Origin: Tubiluchus corallicola
Taxonomy: Eukaryota; Animalia; Priapulida
DNA: 64,000 nucleotides
Direction: 5' to 3'
Assembly: GCA_030141605.1 (NCBI GenBank)
Contig: JAQGDQ010000954.1
Location: 1-64,000 of the forward strand
Shown: positions 50,101 to 62,100 of the stretch, one piece after another
Layout of the letters: each line of letters opens with the position of its first letter
Position numbering within the stretch: the first letter of the stretch is position 1
Translations under genes and position numbers: made by a program
Notes under the pieces: model-generated
What the model was told of the DNA's origin: nothing
Seen by the model: only the letters and a program-made list of their open reading frames with translations
Databases searched by the model: none

Positions 50101-53100
50101 TGAACAGTTGTAAATATGTTACTGTGCCATTGTTATAAAGTTCAGTATTCATAATCTGTTGCTTACATATAGCATGCTGTGGTACACTGAACAGTTGTAA
50201 ATATGTTACCGTGCCATTGTTATAAAGTTCGGTATTCATAATCTGTTGGTTACATATAGCATGCTGTGGTACACTGAACAGTTGTAAATATGTTACTGTG
50301 CCATTGTTATAAAGTTCAGTATTCATAATCTGTTGGTTACATATAGCATGCTGTGGTACACTGAACGAGTTGTAAATATGTTACCGTGCCATTGTTATAA
50401 AGTTCAGTATTCATAATCTGTTGGTTATTTCTTAATAATCTGCACATAATTGTATGTTGCTCCTGTCATATTATAGTAACCCTAAATCCATAATAGACAT
50501 GGGTGGCACTGAACTATCAGCCATGGGCACCCTGATGCCTTAATACGCTGTTTAAGTCAGGGGTCTCAAAAGTGGTCGATATTGACCCCTGGGTGTCGCT
50601 AGGACTATCCAAGCGGTCCATAAATGCCATTTTTAATGTATTTTAGGGGGGAGGCAATATTCACAGGGTGAGGGGATACAGAACAACAGTTTCTCAGGTA
50701 ATATCATCCAGTTTCCAGGGTTCAGTATGCAGTTCCTCTCACTAATGTATATGGAAACTGCACATCTGCTTAATTATTATTAATATTTATTTTTTGTACA
50801 TGCCCGGGGGTCGGCAAAAAATCAAGGATTCCGCGAAGAGGTCAACAGTCTAAAAGTTTGGGGACGCGTGGTTTACGTGATTCATGACTTACCACGCGTT
50901 CATTTAATGCAGCCTACGTGGGCTTTTCTTCTTCTTCCCAGCTTTTCCCTATTCGGGGTCGCCGTTGTGAATGAGTCTTCTCCACGCATTCCTGTTGTTG
51001 ACCATCTCTTCATTTATGTCTTCCCTTCCCACATGATCTTCACCGACTCTTCTTTTCAGGTGTCCATACCATCGCAATCTTGCGAGGCTTCCACTACTTT
51101 TACTGTTCCTCTGATATTATTATTTCTAATTTTATCTCTTCTTCTTATTCCCACCTTCCATCTCAACATCCTCATCTCCACCACACCCATCTTCTTCTCT
51201 TCGGTCTTCTTTAGAGAAGCTGCTTCCAGCCCGTAGAATAGAGCGGGTCTGATCACTTCTTTGTGGACTTGACCTTCAAGTCTCACCGACTCATTCATAG
51301 AAAGTTTTGGCGCAGTTTTTACAGGCGGATGCCCTTCCTGACCCTTCCTGACATAAAGTAAATCTGCTTTTCTTCTGTAGCATGTGCTATCCCACTGAGT
51401 GAACTAAAATCTGAGGGCTTCGAAGAGTGATTAATAATGAGATGAATTCTACAATACATTTCAGGTGATGATGATATGCAAGCGTGCCTAGACGGTTTCA
51501 AGGAAAACGGAAACGGCAAACTGAATTGCCTCTTACCTAAAGAAGACCGCCCAGCAACTGCTGATGTCAGCCGCGAGCAAACTAAAACTGATGTCACCAT
51601 GGAAACGACGGAAGCAGTGAGAATCTTTTTTGTTCTTTAACCTTTGAGATAAAAGCATTTTACTTTGTTTAATCTAGTTGAATTTTTTTGTGTTTTTATG
51701 ATGCAGATCTACAAGTTATGTAATTTTCCCACATTTTAAGCTTTTTTAAGGTTGCATTCAAATTACACTTGTTGAACATTCTAAGTCTTGCAGTTCCAAC
51801 GTTTGATGATGATCGTGGAAAGGTCAAAGGTCAAGTGTGCCAAACAATGCAATTTGTACACTTGACAATGCTTCACAGCCCAGGCTGTTGTAATAGTAAC
51901 AGTTTTCACAGCTAGCTAGAATCTTACCTAGTTGATTTGTTCTTGTTTCCAAGCAAGATCCTGCTAGTAAATCACTCTACGTACAGACTAATGCATAATT
52001 AAGTGAAGTCCATGTCAGAACAACTGAAGTTACTGAACTGAGGCATCGCTTTACGTCACGTGCCGATTGTACTTAAGACACACTTAGCCTTTGACCTACA
52101 GCAACAACTGCGCAACGAAACTATGAAAAGACTTATTGATAATTTACACCGTGACCACTCGGCTATGCATTCGCTCTGGAATGCGTTTCGCTACTTTTCT
52201 CGTAGATGAGTTTCGCTTTAACTCATGAAAAATGAAAAACGGTTTAATCGGTTTAAACACTTTTATAGAGCATTATTTTACACATCATTTTTTGGTGACC
52301 AAAAGTAACCAAAAGTGACCAAAATTACCTAATTTGAAGATAGTGCTTAGCAAGTCCACATAAAATAACAAGGAAATGGCACCGTGTTTTTCTATGGCTA
52401 ATTCTCGGCCGGGGTTGCCGTTTTGAATGATGCTCATTCTATTGGAAGCTAAAAGTATGAAATTTTCCGCCAAATCCAGGGATGAGAATTTTCAGCGGAT
52501 ACGCGGAATTCCGAGTTTTTGGAAGACCAGTAGTGCCATTTTTGTAAATCGCGTAAATTCGTTGAGAAAATTTTTCGGGGTTGAACCTTGTTTTCGTCGA
52601 AATCGTAACCGAAATTTTCAGCAGCATTTTTCGAGGTATTTATCCAGCTTACCTTTTATCTCCTAGATGTTAAAAATCGCTGAAAAATTTTGGCTAAAAT
52701 AGTTCATATGAAGTGTAAATATCGTTTATTTGATAATCTGTACGATGTGTAGCATGCCTTTTACGGCAATGCGGCATATCTTCATTGCTGACATATGTGA
52801 AGCTTTGAGGCCTCCAGACACAAACAACCGAAATACCAAAGCGTAATTTGAATAAAACCAAGTTTAATTTTATAATTTATGAAATATGGGCATCAAAATA
52901 TATACAAAATAGAATTTGTTAATTTTTTGAAGCTTCACTATCATATGTATCATGTATCCTTGATAGTTGGGTATTTTAAATTATGCATGAAACAAGGTGA
53001 TTGATATTTTAAGTCCACTTAGAGGCTCTCTATGGTCACAAAATTGCAATTTGTTGCTGGCTCCAATGGGGCTTCGCCCCCTCGCACCCCCATGGGGGCT

Positions 53101-56100
53101 TTCCTCAACCCCATTGGAGGCCTAGGCGGCCCCCAAACCCCCGGCCTGTTTCAGAGTTTTTTGCAATTTGTCATTCTCATCCCTGCAAAACGATGGATTA
53201 ACAGCTGAGGGGTGTTACCGCTTATACCATAATTATCAGAACATACGTGCGTTTATGATACAGAAAAGAGACTATACAATGATCGATAGCTATACGATAA
53301 TTTAGTAATGTGAAACTAAAAAACAAAGCGTGAAAAAATGTGCATTGAAAAATTTAAAACATTTCTGCTAACCAATGGGAAATAGACAAACTTTGATTTC
53401 AACTGATTTTAAATATTCCACGATTCAGCTTTAAACATTCACAAAGCTTTAAAAAAAATTTCCCCCTGACATCTTTTGAGCTCACGAGGTACGACAGAAA
53501 TGAATTTTTTTGTGGCCGGCCGTATTTAAACTTGTTTCAAATAACTTACCGTTCAAATGCTTGCCCCTAACTGTCGTCGCGTGAGTTTTACATGTTTTAT
53601 ACAGTGTTATTGGTAATAGAAATCTGTGCATGATAAGACAGCATCTAAGTGATATAAAATTTCAAGACAGATTTGTTTAGTTTTATATGAGTAAAGGGTT
53701 GTCTTGTATTTAAACCACATTTGGGTGTGTGCATGTATATCCTTGCTTAATCATACATATAGCCTGTGGCAGTTTGGAAGTGAAAGCAGTTTTCCTCTGA
53801 TCACCTAACCATTTACTCGACATATCCAATACTGCTTTAGCTTTTCGTCAACATTTAGCCATTCCTGTTGCTCTTTTGTTTTAATAATACTTAAATTTTG
53901 TTTTGAGCTTCTCCAAATTTATCCCTTTAGCCACAAGAAGCTGTCGAAAGTGTGCCAGAAAACGTGTCCACTATGAGTTATCAGCAAGCCACGATGGATG
54001 TACTGTACAGGGAACTCAATGAACAAAGAATGTTCTTTGATGAGTCCGAGTGGCCGGACCGAGCGGAATGTTTGACCCACGTCCATCTCTATCCATACTG
54101 GGGGATGCTGCCGCCCGTGTTTTTACCGGCTGAAAATAAAGGTTATGAGTAAGTACCGAATATTGTTTAGGGAAGATGAAGCCATATATCCCATGAAGCC
54201 AAGTTATAGTGGGTTAAATGGTTGAAATGTGAATGTTTTTGTAGTTGTCGATCATTTTCAACTTTCCATCAACAGAAAAACTGCTTCTATGTTGTTTTTT
54301 AACACATTTCTTATTCCAAATTTTGATGTCGATTTTTTTTTTACATTTGATAAGCTTTTTGTACAAATTGAGCATTGAAGTTACTTTTTCCCGTAAAACG
54401 TTTAGTTCCTAAGGGAATTCAAGGAAGTATTACCGTGTGGTAATGGCCTCCCTGGATGTTACACTGCTTCTCTGGTGCTAAAGAAGGAAATGTGCAGGTT
54501 TGGTGCATGATATGCGGTTTTAGTTATTTACTGAAGGCGTGAGGGGCGACAGTGATTGCCATTTGAGTTATTTACTGAAGGCGTGAGGGGCAACAGTGAT
54601 TGCCATTTGATGAAACCCGGCCATTTTAGGGATCATTAAAACCAAGTTTTGTAGTAACTAAAGGATCCCGGTCTTTGTGTGGCTGTCTAATGAGTGAAAC
54701 GAGCTTAATGAAATGCGTAATCTTTTTTTGCAAATCTTATGTTATTATATAACCTTTTATATAAACCAGCAAGAAAATCTTACAGTATCAGAAAATCTTA
54801 AAGTATTTCGATAGTGTTTCTGCACACTCAGACTTTGTAAAGTGTTTAACTAACAATTCTTTGCTTTATAATTTACTGAATATTTAAAATGAATATTTAA
54901 ATATTATGCATATATAAATAATATGAATATTTATATTTAACATTAAAAATGGACAAATGCATAGTACATACACAGTAGGCCAGGGGTGCGCAAACTGCGG
55001 CCCGCAAAGAGATTTGTCAACCCAATGAAAGTGCGGCCCGGGCGAGATTAATTGAGTATATCCAGCTGAAGTCCATGCCACGATCCCAAGTAGTTTTTTC
55101 CTCTAGATCGGATGGCATTAACCCTTATAAGACCGTTGTCACTTAATGTCACTGTCGGACATGACGAAATATATCTTTTTAATATAAATTTTAATAACTT
55201 CTAAAATAGTTTCTTGAGTGTAGTAGTAATGATGTGCGCAGGTCGGATGCAAAAAAACGTTATTAGGTCCTACTGTACTTGGCTCCTTGACCAAACTGTA
55301 TGTGGCCCACAGGAATTGTGGGAATGTTTAATGTGGCCCGGCTAGTCAGATAATTTGCACACCCCTGCAATAGGCTGTTATAAATAAAACTGAAATCGTA
55401 ATACATGTATATAAAAATCAGCCGTAATTAAATCCATAAATCCATATTAAATTTCTAAATAATTGAAAAGGCTTATTTATAAAAATATGTTTTAAGGAAT
55501 GATTTGAAGTTTTGAACATTATTGGTTTTATGTGCATGAATTAGTGAATCATTCCGTAATTTTGTTACCGCTGTCGTGAAGTTTGGGCTTCACGATTCAC
55601 CCGCCGTAAAGAAGCCATTGTGAATTAATTTACGTATAGCTGTAGGAACTCGTTCGAGGAGTTAACCTAGTTAAAATAGGAAGTTAGTTGTTAAGTTGAG
55701 ATGGAACACAAAACATGTATATTGCGCTTTCGTAAAAAGAATAAATTTAGCGTTATGGCAGAAGGAAAAGTTCTCGTTTTTGTTTTACTGTCGTCGCAAA
55801 AGTCACCACGACAGCCGCTACACTAAAATTATGAGAACCATATGTGACTATGAGAGCCATATTTTATAAAATGCGCATTGTTGCACATCTTTGATACATT
55901 GTTAGCTACCGTCCAGCATTAAAATTTATCTACATTGTTTTCATTCAACCTTGAAGCTTTTGTCGTCAGATTTCATCATTTTTCTTGCAAACAGTTATCT
56001 ACTTTGTAAGATCACTGCATAATATCAGTTGCCTTTTTTAATTTTTGTTAACCCTTTGAGTCCCAAATTATTTTTTAATAAGAAAAAACTTTTTGGCTTG

Positions 56101-59100
56101 GTACTTTTGTTCAGTATGTCCATCTTGTTTACACATAATAATTATTTTTTTTCTACCTGTGCCCGCGTGCTAAATATAGCCTGTATTCCACGGGATACAT
56201 TGAGATTCAATGGAAGCATAAAATGTGCTTCATTTTGCAACTGTTGATAATTTTTTAAAGTATTTAAGACATTTAGTATGCACGCTATGCTGATCTGTAC
56301 AAAGTCGTCTCTAAAGTACTGTACCTTGCGCAGTTTTTATGCTATGTAGATTTTCTGGTTCGCCATTTTATCACCATTTTTAGTCTATTGTTATTGGCTT
56401 AGATCAAAATAACTATTAACAGATCAAATAACTGTCAGTTTTAAAATTTTATTAATTTTAAAGTCAGAAAATATTCTCGTATCCCACGGGATACAACGGG
56501 TATTAAAGGGTTAATAGAGATGAATTCGAAATTGAATTGTACATTTTCCAGAGTTAAGTCTCTGCTCTCTGAAGCTCAGGGCATAAAACAACACATGGAG
56601 CACTCGTTGCCATGGTTTCCGCCTCACTGTGATAAACTCGTTGACATCGAAGTGGACGATACATACTTCGACAACTTGTGGTCAATGCAACGTCGGGAGG
56701 AGTTCACGTCCATCAACGAACACATGCATTTTGACAAACTGAAATCGGTAAGCGACCAAAGTTCTCCGCTGGACATGGAGTCCGCTGGAGTCTTGCGATG
56801 ATAATCAGTCGGTTATTGGAAGTTGCAAACTTTATAAAGAGAGCGGTCAGACGATTTTGTAAATGCAGTGTAACATTTGTTATTTGAAAGTGCAGAACAA
56901 AAATATTGTTTAGCCCATGGGTGTGCAAATTGCGGCCCGCAGAGAGAAGTTGTGAGGCTCGCAAAGAGACTTGTCAACCTAATGAAAGTGCGGCCCGGGT
57001 GATTAATTGAGTGTATCCAGCTGAAGTCCGTGCCACGATCCCAAAGATAGTGCAGGTCGGATGCAAGAAAATCGTTATTAGGCCTTTCTGTACTTGGCTC
57101 CTTGATCAAACTGCCTGTGGCCCGCAGGAATTGCGGGAAAGTTTAATGTGGCCCGTCTAGTCAGATAATTTGCACACCCCTGGTTTAGCCCATTGTTTGG
57201 GATGAGTTTACTATTCCCCACACAACTTAAATACCCAAATTCTAACCCTAATGAGGAAAACAATAATTATCTAAACATTAAACGACTTGTTTGTAGCTCA
57301 TTATAATAACTTTTTATTCTAGCGGGAATATGATTTATTGTACGTTACTGCTGACAAAGGGTTTTTTCTACTTTTGCGTAGTTTCCAATAGTCTGATTTT
57401 GCTGATTAAAACTGTGTCTTCAACAGTTTGGTTCAATCTTGTGAAAATATTACAGACATTATATTTTATTACAAATCTTATATGTGTCCTTGCATAGCAA
57501 AAATGCCCATAAGTTGCCAGTCGGCAGTTAAGTTTTTCTAGTTATTCACATCTCCTGAATCTCCATTTCGCGAGGATCATTTTGATACCAAGTTCATCGC
57601 TCTGCGTTATTTCTAACCTGAGATAATCTACGTTGAAGTTGAGGTGCAGGCTTCGCACTGAAAAACACGACCTTGAGTATATTGATGTTAAAGTCAGCCA
57701 TTGTTTTTATTGTGATTCTACAAAACACTTAGCAACTGGACAAATTCTTGCTTGCTGTGGACTTTGGAAGAACACATTGAAGTTACGTTCAAATCCAGTA
57801 GATGGCTCTTCCAGACGAAGATCAGGGCTTGGCAACAAAAAAAATGCAAGCAAAATGACTGCTTCCATAAAAGCTTCTATTGCAGTTTTTCACAATCACA
57901 ATTCAGATTTTAGCCAGAGAAGGCTAAGGAGTTATAAAATTAATTTTTGTTTTTCGAACATTTTTTAATCATTTGATGCTAGAATATAATTGTCCAATAT
58001 ATTTAATGTTTGTTGTTATGAAAAAGAAAAAATTGACATTTGACCCAGTTTTTGATGCATTCTGCTTTGATGCATCGTAACGTAGTTTTTCTATGCCAAC
58101 TTATGGATGGTTTTGGTTTGCAAGCACACATATCTTTTTTGTTATTGTTTAGTATAACAAAATGTTTTAAATTAAATGCTTCTTTTTCACAAATCAAGGA
58201 TGTACATACACCACTTTTTATTTCTGTTTACATATACTGGATGTTTTCAGATTATATTGTCTTACGTCAATTCCGGCGACGTCAAAGTTGAAGATATTGG
58301 TCAGAGAATACTCACCGCCATAAAAACGGTAACTGTTCACGTGAACCTAACTGTGTAGATAAGTTTTCGTGAGAAAGAATTCTAGTGCTTCTTGAAAATG
58401 AGGTCCATTTGTTTTCTTGTAAATTGCAAAAAGCTCCTACAAAATGAAGGGAGTGTCACATGTGTTTTTGTTAATAAAATTTGGCACATGGCAAACTGAA
58501 ATTCAGCATTGAACGGTACTCAACACTATTGTTCACTTTGGTATGGCCAGAAGCCTGCTGGTGTCAAGAATAATTCTCTAGGACGAGCCGCATTCTCGTG
58601 TATTTATATCCTCTCTTGATGAGGTAAATAACCAGAATCGGTATGGCAAATGAGATGACCTAGTGCAATTACTGAACATGGGGAGTCTTGAACCATTCAG
58701 TTGCCAACCTCAACGTGCCTTAACTTTGATCGTTCACCGCCGCCCGCCTTTGTCTCACATGGACGTGGTCACCTCAGGCCTTTGTCTCACATGGACGTGG
58801 TCACCTCAGGCCTTTGTCTCACATGGACGTGGTCACCCCAGGCCTTTGTCTCACATGGACATGGTCAACAGTACCAACTGTTTAGTGAGCAGGTAATAAA
58901 AGGCAGCCATTCTGGTTGATAAACATTGAACGTTGTGCTCAGACCTGTATTTAATAAACTAAGGTGACGTGACCACTCAGCTGTATACCTGACCTCTAGA
59001 TGCTGTCAGCAGTACCAACTGTTTAGTGAACCGGTATACAAGGCAGACATTCTGATTGGTGCATATTGGTTGTGCTGTGCTCGAGTCTTTATCTCATAAA

Positions 59101-62100
59101 CTAAGGTGGTCTGATCACACAATTAATCATCTCACGTCCAAAAAGGATCCCTATCCAATAAAAAAAGCACATGTGTCAAACATTCATTCACCCCTTCTCT
59201 CTCCCCATGAAATTTCAGGTTTTTTGCACCAAACTTATATGATATTTGCAGAGAGTAAAGTAATCAAAATAATCAAAATTTTACTGCCTTTTAAACAGCT
59301 ATGTTTTTAGTGTGCCACGTTAATGTAATTATTTTTATTCTTCCAGTTACATGCACTGTAATTTGAACATTTTATATACCCGTAGGAAAATGGACCACTA
59401 TGGACCCTGTACAACCTAGCCGGGCTATACTGGCAGATCCTAGGTAATCCGTACCAGGCGATCGAATGCTACCGACGGAGCTTGCGATACTGTCCACCAG
59501 ATGTCAGTGATGTTCCTAAAACTAACCTTGCTCAAGTTTTATTTTTCCTGGGAAAGAAACACTGGGGTGATGCAGCTGCCCTTGTCGAACACGCCATAGC
59601 TATAAACAACATGGAGGTAAAGAGTTAACCCTTGCAGCATCTAGAGTTCTTATTGGCTGTGCCTAGTGGTGTCTTAATATGGACGGAAGAGTGGGAAGGA
59701 TAAGCAACTCGTTTATTAATGATTTCATTTATATCAATTTAGAGGTAGCAACTGCTGATTGTTTAGATTTTCTAGAAATCGGTGGAAAGTCGAGCCATAA
59801 ATACATAGCAGTATTCTTCTTCTTCCCAGCTTTTCCCTATTCGGGGTCGACGTTGTGAGTGAGTCTTCTCCACGCATTCCTGTTGTTTACCATCTCTTCA
59901 TTTATATCTTCCCTTCCCACATGATCTTCACCGACTCTTCTTTTCAGGTGTCCATACCATCGCAATCTTGCGAGGCTTCCACTACTTTTACTGTTCCTCT
60001 GATATTATTATTTCTAATTTTATCTCTTCTTGTTATTCCCACCATCCACCACAACATCCTCACCTCCACCACACCCATTTTCTTCTCTTCGGTCTTCTTT
60101 AGAGAAGCCGCTTCTAACCCCTAGATTAGAGCGGGTCTGACCACTTCTTTGCGGACTTTCCCTTTAAGTCTCACCGACTCATTCATAGAAGGTTTTGTCG
60201 CAGTTTTTACAGGCGGATGCCCTTTCTGACCTTAACCCTCCCTATTTATCAGGGCTTGGGACCGGCACTTAGTTGGGCTGGGTCCCCCCCCCCCCCCCAG
60301 TGGCTAGGTTCCACAAATACGTAGCAGTAATGTAACATATTAGGACACATAGTGTATCGCAGAGTAGTTACCTATTGAACAGTTAGAGAGACCTTAAATA
60401 CTCTCGTTGTGTTAGTAGTGGTTGGTTCAGTTTACTACAGGTATTACGTATTCGTTGGGTATTAACGGAGATAGGCTCAGTTAATTGTCAGTGTGTAGTA
60501 GTGGAACAGATAAATTAATTTAGTAGATATAATCGATTTCGGCTTTTATTGCTTATCGCCGACGATGTTTTTCTCCTGGTGATGCAAATCGATTACATTG
60601 GTGGTGCCATTTGCATTTATTTTACCGCAAAAACAACAAAAATTGCCTAACAAATATAGCTGCCACAGCGGCGAAATCAAGCAATATTGCACTATCTTTG
60701 CGTGCCAACTTATCGACCTGGTCACGCTAAATGAAGCAATATGGCACTATCTTTGCATGTTAACTTATCGACCTGGTCACGCTAAATGAAGCAATATAGC
60801 ACTATCTTTGCATGTTAACTTATCGACCTGGTCACGCTAAATGAAGCAATATGGCACTATCTTTGCATGTTAACTGATCGACCTGGTCACGCTAAATGAA
60901 GCAATATGGCACTATCTTTGCATGTTAACTTATCGACCTGGTCACGCTAAATGAAGCAATATGGCACTATCCTTGCATGTTAACTTATCGACCTGGTCAC
61001 GCTAAATGAAGCAATATGGCACTATCCTTGCATGTTAACTTATCGACCTGGTCACGCTAAATGAAGCAAATAGGCACTCATCCTTTGCATGTTAACTTAT
61101 CGACCTGGTCACGCTAAATGAAGCAATATGGCACTATCCTTGCATGTTAACTTATCGACCTGGTCACGCTAAATGAAGCAATATGGCACTATCCTTGCAT
61201 GTTAACTTATCGACCTGGTCACGCTAAATGAAGCAATATGGCACTATCTTTGCATGTTAACTTATCGACCTGGTCACGCTAAATGAAGCAATATGGCACT
61301 ATCTTTGCATGTTAACTTATCGACCTGGTCACGCTAAATGAAGCAATATGGCACTATCTTTGCATACTGTCTTATCACCTTTTTCATGCTGCTTACATGC
61401 AAAAATTTCTGATAAACACGAACAAATGGTAACATTGTTGCTTTATGTGCGCTTCCTTTCTTGACAAAAATTGTAAACAAAAATAACTCAGTTTTGTTGG
61501 ATTGTTTTGTAAGCTACAAACTAATAAAATAAACTCATTTAGAACTTGTTCCTTACTTTATACCTTTTTACATTTACCAGCACTAGAATTAAAAACAGCA
61601 TTGATTAAGATAGCAAACCTGTTGCACTCAAAGAGTTATTTACTAAAAAATTTTTGAATTTACTCATTTTTTATGCTTAAAATCCGGATATAATTGATTA
61701 CCAAATCGATTTCGTATCCGATTAATCGATTATGAAAATAAAACTGACGCCCCACCACTAGCGTGTAGATACGTAAAATATATTATACCTCTTCTGTATG
61801 TTCTTTTATTTATTATTATCATTGTTTACCTTTGGTTATCTATGATTTGCAGCTTTTCTGTCCCTCTGCTTGCCTAAGATTTCTTGTCTTGTCTTTACAT
61901 TATACTGATTCGGACTGAGGGCAACCATAATAAAACCTGAAATATTTGTGCTTTGGTATTTCCATCCAATTCTAAGATCAGTGCAATTTGTTAATTTTGT
62001 TGGGATTTTGTACTTATATGTTTATTTCTTATGGTGTTGGTCATTTGCCGAATTCCTTCATATTTTCTATTCATTCTGTTCCTCTCATACAGTTACATTT

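Noticed and set aside
51381-51430. Alternative TTC17 acceptor at 51380
   Set aside because: In-frame TGA at ~51428 before exon 9, and the gap is too short for a credible intron
58610-58650. Hammerhead-like TTGATGAGG-TAAATAA-CC
   Set aside because: Core boxes degenerate (no CUGA, no GAAA), no supporting stems
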